From an uncultured Planctomycetota bacterium (lineage in GTDB: Bacteria > Planctomycetota > Planctomycetia > Gemmatales > Gemmataceae): a stretch of DNA of 64,000 nt. The stretch spans positions 160,001-224,000 of the forward strand of contig CAWKHF010000007.1 of assembly GCA_963849325.1 (NCBI GenBank). Direction: 5' to 3'. Of this stretch, positions 53,053-64,000 are shown piece by piece (positions within the stretch are counted from its first letter, which is position 1; each line of letters opens with the position of its first letter). Below the pieces are notes generated by a model. That model did no database searches and was not told the DNA's origin. It was given only the letters and a program-made list of their open reading frames with translations. Made by a program: the position numbers and the translations under genes.

Positions 53053-54506
53053 CTACGCCAACGGCAACGGCGTCGCGGGGACGGACGGCAACACCTCATC
53101 CGGGCGCGTGCAATCGGGCAGCCGAACCGTGAACGTCGTACCCTGGCCGAGCGTGCTGGCGACCTTGATGGTCCCGCCATGAGCGGCGACCACGGCCTGG
53201 CAGATGCTCAAGCCTAATCCCAGTCCCCGCGAGGGGTCCGCGCGCTGACGGGCCTTGTCGCCCTGGTAGAAACGCTCGAAGACGTGCGGTAAATCGTGTG
53301 GGGCGATGCCGGCCCCGCTGTCCGTCACTTCGAGGACACACTGATGCTGGTCGTCGTCGAGGAAGAAAGCGAGAGAGACTCGACCGTGCGCAGGCGTGAA
53401 CTTGATGGCGTTGTCGAGCAGATTGTTGACGACTTGCCACAGTCGGTTGCCGTCGCCGTGGATCAGGGCGGGTTCGAGACGGCGGGCAGCCAGCTCCACC
53501 TCGGCCGCCTCCGCCACCACCTGAAACATCTCCAGCGAGCTGGCGACAATCTGGTCCAGGCGCAACGCTTGCGAATGCAGGCGCAGTCGGCCGGCATCTC
53601 CTTCGGCCAACAGAAGCAGTTGATTGACCAGGACGCGCATCTGTCCGCACTCTTCCAGCAGGACCGACAGCACCTCCTTGTACTCCTCGGCGCTGCGATC
53701 GGCGTTGAGGGCGATCTCCAGCGAACTTTGCAGGGCGGTGAGCGGCGAGCGCAGCTCGTGGGCGGCGTTGGCGGTGAAGTCGCGGCTCTGCCGTAAATAG
53801 GCGGCAATGCGGTCGAGGAAACGGTTGATCGTCTGCGACAGTTGATCCAGTTCATCGCGGCTGCCGCGCAACGGCAAGCGTTCGTCGAGGTGCGCCGGAT
53901 CGAGCCGTGCCGTCGTGTCGATGATGTGGCCGATGGGACGGGTGGCGCGTCCGGCGAGCAGATAACCGCCGATCGGGGCGGCCAGCAGCAAGAGCATCGC
54001 CACGCCCAGCATCATGCGGGTGAAACGGCCCATCTCCAGATGGGCCTGCGCCAAAGAGCAGCCGACGCGCACGATCCGGGTCTCGCGGCCGGGGAGGAGT
54101 ACCTGCCGGCAGACGACGCGATGATCGCCCACCGTTGCCGGCACGCGAAACGACAGGGCGCGGGCGTGAGAAGATCGGCAGGAGGAGATTGCTCGCTGGA
54201 CCATTCGAGCGTTCCTTGTTTGTCCAGGAGCTGGACGAACAGGCGGCGGCGAGGGTGCCCGGTCGCCTGCCGGTCGAACCGCGCGTGCAGTCGATCCGGT
54301 TGCTCGGCCAGCCGGTGGAAGTCCTGGACGGCGGAGTACAGTTCTTCCGTGAGAAACTCGTCCACCATTTGAAAGCGCGTCAAGCGCAGTCCTTCGTGGA
54401 CGGCCACCAGGTTTACCAGCAGAACGGCCAGGACGACGGCGGTGTTCCACAGCGTCAAGCGGAACCGTAAGGTCTGACAGAAATTCCTAACCCGTTCGAA
54501 TCGCAT
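53053..54506 (-). CDS. Sensor histidine kinase, CusS-like (HAMP-HisKA-HATPase; frameshift)
   Basis: TLRFRLTLW; DELDQLSQTIN; FTANAAHELRSPL; NLLDNAIKFT; GLGLGLSIC. Confidence 0.9.
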
Positions 54507-55159
54507 AACCGCGCCCTCGGATGGTCTGGATGGCCGAGGCGTCGAAGCCGCGATCGAGTTTACCGCGAAGGCGATTGATGTGGACTTCGACGACGTTGGT
54601 CATACCTTCCCAGTCGGCGTACCACAGGTGTTCGCACAGCATTTTGCGGGTGACGACCTGGCCGGCGTGGCGCATCAGGTATTCGAGGAGACTGAATTCG
54701 GTCGGGCTGATGGTGATCTCGACCTCGCCGCGCGTGACGCGCCGCGAGGCCAGGTCCAGGCGCAGATCGCCGACTTGCAAGGTCGGGGAAGGGCGCGTCA
54801 TGGACCGCCGGCACACGCGCCTGGATACGGGCCAGCAGTTCCGGGAAGGCGAAGGGCTTGACGAGATAATCGTCGGCGCCGGTTGTCAATCCCGTCACGC
54901 GCTCCTCGACGGCCCCCAGGGCCGTCAACAGAAGCACGGGCGTCTGGATGCCGGCGTCGCGGATTTCGCGCAGGACGTCCAACCCATTGCGCTTGGGCAG
55001 CAGCAGGTCGAGGATGATCGCGTCGAATTGCTGCGTGCGGGCCAATTTCAGGCCTTTCTCTCCATCCCGCGCCCATTGGCAATCGAAGTTCGCCTCCGAG
55101 AACCCTTGTTGCAAGGCCCGCCCCACCACCGGATCGTCTTCGACAATCAAGAGCTGCAT
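54487..55159 (-). CDS. OmpR-family response regulator, CusR-like (frameshift near 54810)
   Basis: MQLLIVEDD; ILDLLLP; GADDYLVKPF; TNVVEVHINRLRGKLD; TIRGRGY. Confidence 0.92.
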
Positions 55160-55316
55160 TCCTGGTTCTCCTCAACTCTTCGTGCCGGCCGCGACCCTCT
55201 TTTCGGCCGCGCCGAGGTTCCCTTCGATGCCAAAAAGGGGGAGGTCCGACTTTTCTATCCATATTGTAATCCAAACGACCGGACGAGGGAAATAGTCAAG
55301 AGGTCGTCGGGTGCAT

Positions 55317-55447
55317 CTAACAGCTTTGTAAGACGAATCGCTATAGCTTTTTTCGGGGCGAGACTTAGATTAGAATCAATGATATGCGAAGGCGTAGCGC
55401 GTTGGCGTCCTAACAGGTTTGTAAGTCGAATTGCCGTGGCTTTTTTG
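55317..55447. promoter_or_regulatory. Two copies of a ~38-bp repeat with near-palindromic CTAACA-N4-TGTAAG boxes
   Basis: CTAACAGCTTTGTAAGACGAATCG (55317) and CTAACAGGTTTGTAAGTCGAATTG (55410), between the divergent regulator and RND operon 2. Confidence 0.6.
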
Positions 55448-55587
55448 GGATGAAGACGTAAAATTGATAACGTAAAAGGCACTTTGTTGGGAGAAGATTA
55501 TCACTTGTCCTTGGTTCGCGTGAATTGCCACAACGTACCGGCGGGTTATATGCTAGGGACCGTGCCGTCCAGGGGATGCTGAGAATT

Positions 55588-55914
55588 ATGAAATCTCCGT
55601 TTTCGCAATGTCTGATTTCCGCTCTGGTCACGGTGGCGGTCGTGGCATCTCCGATTCTGTACGCCACGGTGCCTGGCGCACACCAACCCCACCACGCCGC
55701 TACTCACCTGCCGCGGAATCAACATCGAATTCCCCGCGTCGTCAAGATGCGCGTCGCCTTGGCGACTTCCGCCCGATCCTCCTCCCGGAGTGGTCCGGGG
55801 CCGAGGCCGTACGCCGCCAAACGACTTTCTTCCCTCTCCTCTCGCTCTTTCCCTCCTGGCCTCTCCCGGGGCAGCGTCGGCTTGCCTCGCGTGTTTCGTC
55901 CCTTACGCTGCTAA
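55588..55914 (+). CDS. Possible small secreted His/Arg-rich protein
   Basis: Hydrophobic LISALVTVAVVASPILYA, His cluster HQPHHAATH, ends PLRC*. Confidence 0.35.
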   Translation: MKSPFSQCLISALVTVAVVASPILYATVPGAHQPHHAATHLPRNQHRIPRVVKMRVALATSARSSSRSGPGPRPYAAKRLSSLSSRSFPPGLSRGSVGLPRVFRPLRC

Positions 55915-56223
55915 CGCATGACTTGGCCTTCACCCCCGCGCGCCGAGGCCGCACCAGCGGTCAGGCGCACCATCCCGTCACAATCGCCGAGATGAGCCGT
56001 CCTGACTGTACTGATAGGCGCAACGTCTGTTGCTCGATCGAGTCGCACGGCTCAACTCCGGCATGGATCGGGAGCAGATTCCATACTTTCCGTCCGAACC
56101 AAAATACGGCCGCGTCGGAGCCTTGCGTGAGAGCGGGAGCAAGCCGGCCCAAGGAGCATTAGGTAATGGCATCGGAATCAACCCATCAATCCAGGATCCG
56201 GGGCGAACCCGACCGTCTTCGCC

Positions 56224-59200
56224 ATGCGGCACCCGATCACGACCTTGATGTTGGTCGTGGCCCTGATCAGCGGCGGCATCCTCGCCTACAGTCGAGATGC
56301 GGGTGGACATCTTCCCGCCCCTCAACACCCCGAAGATCTACGTTTTCCTCGATTACGTCGGCATGAGTCCCGACCAGGTCGAAGGCTTCATCGTCAACCA
56401 GCTCGAACTGTATTTCCAGTACGTCGATGGCATCCAGGACATCAATACACGCAACATCCAGCAGGTCGCCTTGTGCGAGTTGTCGTTCTTCCCCGGCACC
56501 GACATGGGGCAGGCCATGGCTCAGGTGGTGGCCATGTCCGACCGAGCCATGTCGTGGATGCCCAAGGGCACGCTGCCGCCCATGATTATGCGCATGGACG
56601 CCGGCAGCGTCCCCGTCGGCTACCTCGTCTTCGAGAGCGAGACCGTCTCGCTGGGCGACATGGGCGACCTGGCGCAGAACGTCGTCCGGCCGCTGGTGCA
56701 GAAATACGTCCCCGGCACCGTCGCCATCTCGCCGTTCGGACCCGAACATGCGTTCGATCGTCATCAACGTCGATCCGCACAAGCTCCGCAAATACAACCT
56801 GACGCCCCAGCAGGTCAGCGACGCCCTGGCCAAGGGCAACAACATCATTCCGGCGGGGAACATCTACCTCAAAGACTCGATGCCGGTGGTCGCCAACAAC
56901 GCCACGGTCGTGGACAAAAATCGCCTGGGCGACATCCCGCTCAAGCTGGGCGAGAACGTCTACATCCGCGACATGGCCACCATCGAGGACAACACCGACA
57001 TCACCTACGGCTATGCGCTGGTCAACGGCAAGAAATCGGTGCTATCTGCCGATCATCAAGAAGGACACCGGATCGACGCTGACCGTCGTGGCCGATACGT
57101 CCGCAAGTCGATGCAGATGTTCCGCGATGCCGTCAACAGCACCATCAAGGAACGCCGCGAGCTGCGTCGCAGCCAGTCGAAGAAGTCGTCCGGCGGCGCC
57201 GTCGCCAAGGACCAGGAAGACGAGAAGGAACCCGTGAAGGTCACCTTCGAGTTCGACGAGTCGCCGACGGTGGTGGCGGCGGTGGAGAGCGTGGCCACCG
57301 AAGGCGCCATCGGCGCGGGCTTGACCGGCCTGATGATCCTGCTGTTCCTCCGCGACCCGCGCAGCGTGATCGTGGTGGTGTCCAACATCCCGCTGGCCCT
57401 GCTGGGTTCGTTGTTCGGACTGTGGTTGACGGGCAACACCATCAACATCATGTCGCTGGGCGGCCTGGCTCTGGCCATCGGCATTCTCGTCGATGAGGCG
57501 ACCGTGACCATCGAGAACGTCCACGTGCAGATGGGCCACACGTCGAACCTGGCCACGGCCGTGCTGCGCGCCAGCAACGCCACGGCCGTGCCGCGTCTGT
57601 TGGCCTTGCTGTGCATCCTGTCGGTGTTCATCCCGGCGTTCATCATGGGCGACCCGCTGCGGGCGCTGTTCATGCCGCTGACGTTGGGCGTCGGCTTCGC
57701 CATGATCTCCTCGTACCTGCTCTCCAGCACGTTCGTGCCGATCCTGTGCGTGTACCTGCTCAAGCCCATGCACGGACATGCGGAGGAGAAGGGAGGACTG
57801 TTCGACCGCATGCTCAAGGTTTACGGCAAGGCCGTGAGCTGGTTCGTCCGCCTGCGTTGGGTGGTCGTTCCGGCCTACCTGGCGGGATGTCTGCTGATCC
57901 TGGGCGCGATGGGCTTGCAGGTCGGCACCGAGTTGTTCCCGCAGATCGATTCGGGACAATTCGTGCTGCGTTTCCGTCCGCCGCCCGGCTCCAACTACGA
58001 GCTAACGCGGCAGATGGGCGTCAAGTGCCTGGAGGAGATCGAGAAGGAGGCGGGGGCCGACAACATCGAGATCACCATGGGCTACGCCGGCCAGGTGGCG
58101 CCGAACTTCGGCATCGACAACATGGTGCTGTTCATGCGCGGGCCGGACGACGGCCAACTGCGCGTCGCCTTCCGCGAAAGCACCAAGATCCAGCTCGATG
58201 AGTTCCGCGAGCGGACTGCGCAAGGTTCTGCCCGAGCGAGTGGTGCCGTGGCTGGCCCAGCGGCTGGAGAAGGGCGGATTGTCCACGGTGGAAGCGCAGG
58301 TGGAAGCCAAGAAGGCCACCTTCGGCTTCGGGCCGGGCGACATCGTCACCAACGTCATGAGCTTCGGCTCCTCGACGCCGATCGGCGTTCGCATCGTCGG
58401 CACCGATCTGAAAATGGTCCGCCAGCACGGCGGAAAAGATCGCCGCCGAGATGAAACGCATCCCCTACCTGCGCGACGTCGATTTCGAGCAGCAGCTCGA
58501 CTATCCCACCGTCGAGGTCGATATCGACCGCGAGAAGGCGGGCTTGAGCGGCGCCACCGTCGAGGACGTGCGCAGGGCCATCGTCATGGGAGCCTGCTCG
58601 ACCCGTTTCGCCAACCTCAATTACTGGGTCGATGTGAAGACCGGCTTCGATTACCTGGTGCAGGTGCAGATGCCGCCGCTGGAATCGGGTGCCGCCCTGC
58701 AAAAACCGGAAGACATCGAGATTTTGCCGCTGGAGTCGGTCAATCCGCTGGTCAATCTGATGGTCCGCGACGTGGCGACGGTTCGCACAGGGCGTGCGTC
58801 CCGGCGAGCTGGACCGCGACATGTCGCAGCGCTACCTGACCCTGACCGCCAACGTCGAGGGCGAGGACATGGGCCGGGCCTCGCGCCAGGTCGCGACAGG
58901 CGATCACCGCCGCCGGCGAACCGCCCCGCGGCGTGCGCGTGGAGGAGATGGGCCAACTGCCGCCCATGATGGCCATGTTCCAGGCGCTGGGCATCGGCCT
59001 GGCGGTCGCCGTGTTCGTCATCCTCGTGCTCTTGACCGCCTATTTCCAGTCGCCGCGTCTGGCGATGATCTCGATCGGCGCCGTGCCGGGCGTCGCTGGC
59101 CGGCATCGCCGTCATCCTCTACTTCACCCACACCTCGCTGAACATCGAATCGTTCATGGGCTCGATCATGTGCCTGGGCGTCTCGGTGTCCAACTCGGTC

Positions 59201-59766
59201 ATGCTGGTGACGTTCATGAACGAGCACTGGAAGGGCGGCGCGCTCCTCGACCGAGGCGGCCATCGTCGGCGCGGGCGAACGTCTGCGTCCGATTTTGATG
59301 ACGGCCTGCGCCATGACGGTCGGCATGGTGCCGATGGCGTTGGCGTTGGAGAAGGGCAGCCAGATGCAGGCGCCGCTGGGTCTGGCGGTGATCGGCGGCC
59401 TGGTGATGTCCACCTTCGCCACCTTGCTGGTGCTGCCGTCGATCTTCGCCGTCGTGATCGGCCGGAGCGTGGCTCCGCTCGCCGTCGATCTACCCCGACG
59501 ATCCCGACAGCGCCCACTACGACCCGCACGCCTACGAGCACGTGGACGAAAAGGTCACGCCCCATGAGGTCGAGCAGGTGCCGTCGCACGCGCAACCCGG
59601 CGAACACGGCCGCCTCTTCGAGCAAGGAGAAGTCGTTCACGTCGAACAGGTGACGTCGCGCACGCAAACCGATAAGCCCGGCCACGCCTCCGGCGGCCAG
59701 GAGTCAAGGGACGCCACGAACGCGCCCCGGAGTTACCCCCCTTTCCAGGAGATCTGTAATGCGTAG
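56224..59766 (+). CDS. RND efflux permease (many frameshifts)
   Basis: [79 protein letters not shown]. Confidence 0.9.
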
Positions 59767-61247
59767 AGCTTTTTGTTCCCGGGTTTGGAATCGTTGCGGC
59801 CGGCGTCGGCTGGCTGGCGTTGGGTCTGCTGGCCGCCCTGGCGCTGCCGGGTTGCGGCCATAAAGCCGAGGACAATGCCTCCAAGCGTCGCGGAGCCGCC
59901 CACCGTCCGCGTCATCAAGCCGGAGTACCGCAAGATCGTCCGCGTCGTCGGCCAGCCCAGCTTCGTCGAGGCCTACGAACGCACGTCGATCTATCCCAAG
60001 GTGACCGGCTATATCGAGAAGTGGAACGTGGACATCGGCGACAAGGTGAAGAAAGGCGACGTGCTCGCCACCTTGTTCGTGCCCGAGCTGGTCGAGGACT
60101 GCGAGACCAAGCACCGTACCGTCAAGCTCGACGAGGAACGGGTCGAGTTGGCCCTGCAAGTCGTCGAGGTGGCCAAGGCCGACGTCCAGGCGGCGGAGGC
60201 ACGCCTGGAGGAAGCCAAGGCGATCGTCGAGAAGTACAAGTCCGACGACGATCGCTGGGAGTCGGAGGTCAAACGGCTGCGGCGCGAGGTGGATCGGGGC
60301 GTGGTCGATCCGCAAGTCCTCCTCGAATCGGAAAATCAGCTCCGCATGTCCGTCGCCTCCTGGAAAGCGGCCAAGGCCACCGTCTGGAAGGCGGAGGCGC
60401 AACTGCTCTCCGAAAAGGCCACGCTCGCCAAGGCCAAGGTCGATGTCGAGGTGGCCCGCCGCGACGTGGCCGTGGCCGAGAGCGATGCCAAGCGGATGGA
60501 TGCCTGGGTGGGCTACCTCAAGCTCATCGCACCCTACGACGGCGTCATCACGGCCCGCAATGCCAACACCTGGGACTTCGTCCTGCCCTCCACCGGCGAT
60601 CCCACGGCCGATCACCGGGCGCCCCACCTGTCTCCGGGCGGCAAGGCCGCGCCGATCTACGTGGTCGATCGCACCGACATCGTGCGCATCTTCGTCGATG
60701 TTCCCGAGGGAGACGCCAACTATGTCCAGATCGGCACGAAAGCGACCGTCCAGGTCAAGGGCTTCCGCGACCAGTGGATTCGCGGCACCGTGACGCGGAC
60801 CTCCTGGGCCCTCAACGTCAAGAGTCGTACCTTGCGCGCCGAGATCGACCTGAAAAACCCCGACAGTCAGATCCTGCCGGGGATGTACGCCTACGGCAAG
60901 GTCATCATCGAGCGACCCAACGTGCGGGCGTTGCCGGAGTCGGCCCTGGTCCGTAGCGGCGACCAGACCTTCTACTGGAGGTACGAGGACGGCCATGCGG
61001 TGCGAACCGAAGTGCAGACGGGCGTCAGCGATGGCGATTGGGTCGAAGTCACCAATCGTCAACAAGACGGCGAAAGTCGCCCGGCGACGATTCCTGGACG
61101 CCGATCGACGGCTCGGAGCAGGTGATCGTCGGCGACCTGTCGGTCCTCACCGAGGGCGGCGCCGTGCGACTCGCCGGCTCTCCGACCGCGAGCGAGGGGA
61201 AACTCGCTCGCACAACCGCGGACCATGCCGCGGGGAAGATTGACTAG
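59759..61247 (+). CDS. RND efflux periplasmic adaptor (frameshifts at both ends)
   Basis: Lipobox LPGC; KVTGYIEKWNVDIGDKVKKGDVLA; IAPYDGVITARN; SRTLRAEIDL...LPGMYA. Confidence 0.88.
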
Positions 61248-61270
61248 TGCCCGAACAAGCGATCTTCTAT

Positions 61271-61323
61271 CCGAGCCTGAAGCGTAAGCGAAGGGTTTTT
61301 CTTCGCTGACGCTTCAGGCTCCG
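61271..61323. repeat. Palindromic repeat, family B, copy 2
   Basis: CCGAGCCTGAAGCGTAAGCGAAG-loop-CTTCGCTGACGCTTCAGGCTC. Confidence 0.8.
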
Positions 61324-61350
61324 TAAGACGATCCCTGGCAAGGCCCTCCC

Positions 61351-62354
61351 ATGAATCCTTTCACGAACATCCTGGTTGGCGTCGATCTCGCCCGCTTCAA
61401 CCCCGTCGAGGTTTCCGGGCCGAACCCGGTTGCCCTGGAGCCGATTCACTGGGGCATCCAGCTGGCCAAGGCCAATTCGGCTCGCCTCTTGTTCTTTTCC
61501 GCCAGCGACATCGGCGAGGAGGCCTTGCTGCCGCTTGCCGAAGCGGACCGCGTCCAGGTGCGCGAGGCCATCCTCCAGGGTGGCGGCAAGGTACTCCAGG
61601 GTCTGGTGCAACAGGCCCAAACGCAAGGGGTCGAGGCCCAAAGCCAACTGGTGCCGGGCACGGGCTGGCTGGAGATCATCCGCCAGGTACTCCGCGGCAA
61701 GCACGACCTGGTCGTGGTCGGCACGCGCGACCTGACGAACCTTCACCACCGACTTTTCGGCAACACGGGCATGAAGCTCGTGCGCCGCTGTCCCTGCCCC
61801 GTTCTGGTCACCAAGCCCCTGACGTTCGCCAGTGGCGTCCTGGGGGCCGACGTGCGCCGCAGCCCCGGCACCAACGTCTCTCCCCTCAACATTCTCGTGG
61901 CCACCAGTTTGCAGCCTCCCTCGGAAGAGGCGCTGCGGCTGGGCATCGCCCTGGCCAAGCAGATGAACGCCTTCCTCCACGTCCTGCACGTCGTGGAGTA
62001 TCAGCTCGATGAGGTCTGCAATATCGGTTTGCCGGACGCCAAGCAGGACGAATACCGCCGCAAGGTTCGGACCCATGCCCGGGAGGCCTTGCATGCCCAG
62101 CTGGAAAAAACCGAATACCGGACGCTCGGCACGCGATCGAGGTCCACCTGGCCGGCGACGTGGGGCTTCCGGACGTCGCCATCCAGCACTTCATTCAAGC
62201 CCACGCCATTCACCTGCTGGTCATGGGCACCATCGCGCGGGGTGGCATTCGGGGCATCATGATCGGCAACACGGCGGAGCGATTGCTTCCCGAAGTCCAT
62301 TGTTCCGTCCTCGCCGTCAAACCGCCCGATTTTGTTTGTCCCGTCGAGGGATAA
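61351..62354 (+). CDS. Tandem-domain universal stress protein (UspE-like; frameshift near 62135)
   Basis: FTNILVGVD; HDLVVVG...FGNTGMKLVRRCPCPVLV; LLVMGTIARGGIRGIMIGNTAERLL...SVLAVKP. Confidence 0.9.
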
Positions 62355-62399
62355 GAATCGGACGGTATCGTCTGGCAATAACCATGAAGGAGGGCAACG

Positions 62400-63557
62400 A
62401 TGCTTACGAAGGTCCCGGACGTTCCGAACGTGATGGAACAAGCCTGCGCGCACGTCGAAGCCCGCGAAGGGCCGTCCAGCGCGGCGAACGGGCTGTGGAA
62501 CGAGGCACGGAAGTATCCGCGTGGTCTGGCGGCGGCGTTGGTATTGCTGTCTCTGCTGTTGGCGGCCGCCGTCGTGGGCGGCTGCCTGACAGTCTGGGCG
62601 ATACGGACGGAGGCGGGGGCGCGGACGGCCGGGCAACAAGCCGCGGAGGAACGCGACCGTGCGCGGAAAGAAGCAGAGGAAGCCAAGGGCCAGCGCAACC
62701 AGGCGGAGGCGGCGCGGCGAGTCCTGTCCGAGGAACGCGATCGGGCTGTGGCGGCAGCCCAGTCGGCGAAGCGTTCAGAGGAAGACACGAAGGCGGTGCT
62801 GGCTTTCTTCCGCAATAAGCTGTTGTCGGCCGGTCATCCGCGGGGCTGGGTGGGCGGCAACTGGGCCGGAGCCTCCAGCAAGGATGTGACCTTACGCCAG
62901 GCGGTGGACGCGGCCGAGGCGAAGGTCGCCGAGTCGTTCGCGGATCAGCCGTTGGCGGAAGCGTCGGTTCGAGAGACGCTCGGCTCGACCTACCTAGATT
63001 TGGGAGAAGCGGGGCGGGCGGTCCAACAGTACGAGCGGGCGTTGACGTTGCGGGAAGCGATGCTCGACTCCGACGATCTCCTCACCGTCGCCTGTCGCAA
63101 TCAGTTGGCCGTGGCGTACCGGCAAGCCAATCGTCCCGTCGAGGCCAGCCGCCTCTACGATCCGAGTCCCGATACGCCCTCCCACGCCGCGGCGCTGGCC
63201 CTGCACGGATCGACACTGCTCTCCCAAAAGAAACCCGTCGAGGCCGAGTTGAAGCTGCGCGAGTGCCTGGCCATCCGACAGAAGATACAGCCGAACGACT
63301 GGACCACGTTGGACGCCAAGTCGATGCTCGGCGAAGCGCTCATGGACCAGAAGAAATTCGCCGACGCCGAGCCGCTATTGCTGTCGGGCTACGAGGGTCT
63401 GAAACAACGCGAGGCCAAGCTCCCGCCCGAGGCCAAGGTCTCCCTCACCAAGGCGCTCGAACGCCTGGTGCGGTTCCACGAAGCCCGGGGCCACAAGGAC
63501 GAGGCGGCCCGGTGGCGGAAGGAGCTGGAAACTTCGGGGTCCACCAAGAAATCCTGA
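62400..63557 (+). CDS. Membrane-anchored coiled-coil/TPR protein
   Basis: TM LAAALVLLSLLLAAAVVG; coiled coil; DQPLAEASVRETLGSTYLDLG; AEPLLLSGYEGL. Confidence 0.8.
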   Translation: MLTKVPDVPNVMEQACAHVEAREGPSSAANGLWNEARKYPRGLAAALVLLSLLLAAAVVGGCLTVWAIRTEAGARTAGQQAAEERDRARKEAEEAKGQRNQAEAARRVLSEERDRAVAAAQSAKRSEEDTKAVLAFFRNKLLSAGHPRGWVGGNWAGASSKDVTLRQAVDAAEAKVAESFADQPLAEASVRETLGSTYLDLGEAGRAVQQYERALTLREAMLDSDDLLTVACRNQLAVAYRQANRPVEASRLYDPSPDTPSHAAALALHGSTLLSQKKPVEAELKLRECLAIRQKIQPNDWTTLDAKSMLGEALMDQKKFADAEPLLLSGYEGLKQREAKLPPEAKVSLTKALERLVRFHEARGHKDEAARWRKELETSGSTKKS

Positions 63558-63594
63558 TGCTCCCTTATGGAGTCGCGCATCGTGACAGATACCA

Positions 63595-63646
63595 AGGCGC
63601 GACCGTTCGGGAGCGGGAAACACCCCGCTCCCGAACGGTCGCGCCT
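63595..63646. repeat. Palindromic repeat, family C relative
   Basis: AGGCGCGACCGTTCGGGAGCGGG-loop-CCCGCTCCCGAACGGTCGCGCCT. Confidence 0.8.
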
Positions 63647-63660
63647 CGGTTTTTTCCGTT

Positions 63661-63751
63661 AGAGGCACTAACCGAATGTGGCGGCACGTTTGTAACGTGC
63701 CGTACAATCCAACACGTTGAAAACGTGTTGCCACATTTTGTTAGAGCCTCT
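63661..63751. repeat. Long imperfect inverted repeat between convergent genes
   Basis: AGAGGC.CTAAC..AATGTGGC.GCACGTT ... AACGTGTTGCCACATTTTGTTAGAGCCTCT. Confidence 0.6.
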
Positions 63752-63757
63752 TAGGAA

Positions 63758-64000
63758 TTAATGGGCCGTGGCTGGACCGTCCTCCCGCAGCAGTACTCCC
63801 TGCGGGAGGGGTTTGCCCTCCAGCCACGGTTGCAGCACCTCTCGGCCCAACCGCCGCGAAAACGGAGCGGCGGCCCAGCGGACCATGTGGCAGTAGTCGG
63901 CGAAATCCTCGTCCGTCAACCAGTCGCGCATGTCGATAACGGGGAGTTGGTATTCTCGGGCCACCTGGCCGAGATGACGGCGGACCAGCTCTCGCGACGG
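63758..64000 (-). CDS. 3' end of a hypothetical SGNH-like protein (partial)
   Basis: LPVIDMRDWLTDEDFADYCHM (DxxH) ...FSRRLGREVL. Confidence 0.5.
   Translation of the reverse strand, partial: PSRELVRRHLGQVAREYQLPVIDMRDWLTDEDFADYCHMVRWAAAPFSRRLGREVLQPWLEGKPLPQGVLLREDGPATAH

Overview
High-GC bacterial DNA with strong Planctomycetota (probably Gemmataceae-like) hallmarks: a DUF1559 pilin-like gene, an LExRxxP extracellular motif, a Gemmata-type HVRGCW paralogue and several long palindromic repeat families. Many genes carry single-base indels (about nine in clpC alone), best read as long-read consensus errors rather than real pseudogenes. Three zones. (1) 1-26.4 kb is core-like: clpC, a three-gene operon of chimaeric membrane-fusion proteins (GAF-GAF-MFP, MFP with an inserted WD40 propeller, PqqD-like/M50 protease/MFP), a vapBC islet between direct repeats, acyl-CoA dehydrogenase, an S1 protein, yebC and TPR proteins. 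(2) About 26.6-47.9 kb is an accessory, partly decayed island: DUF1559 termini, IS66 and ISH3-family elements, defence/mobile-gene fragments, two tandem RlaP-like nucleotidyltransferases, a tripartite RND system, a scrapyard of gene fragments and a remnant tRNA array. (3) 47.9-64 kb holds a sulfate ABC operon, an OmpR-family two-component system and a second RND operon with a USP and a kinase-less TPR protein. The best candidate for an undescribed system is the transporter-less triple-MFP/site-2-protease operon at 6.2-13.3 kb. All family calls come from motif recognition by eye; no searches were run.
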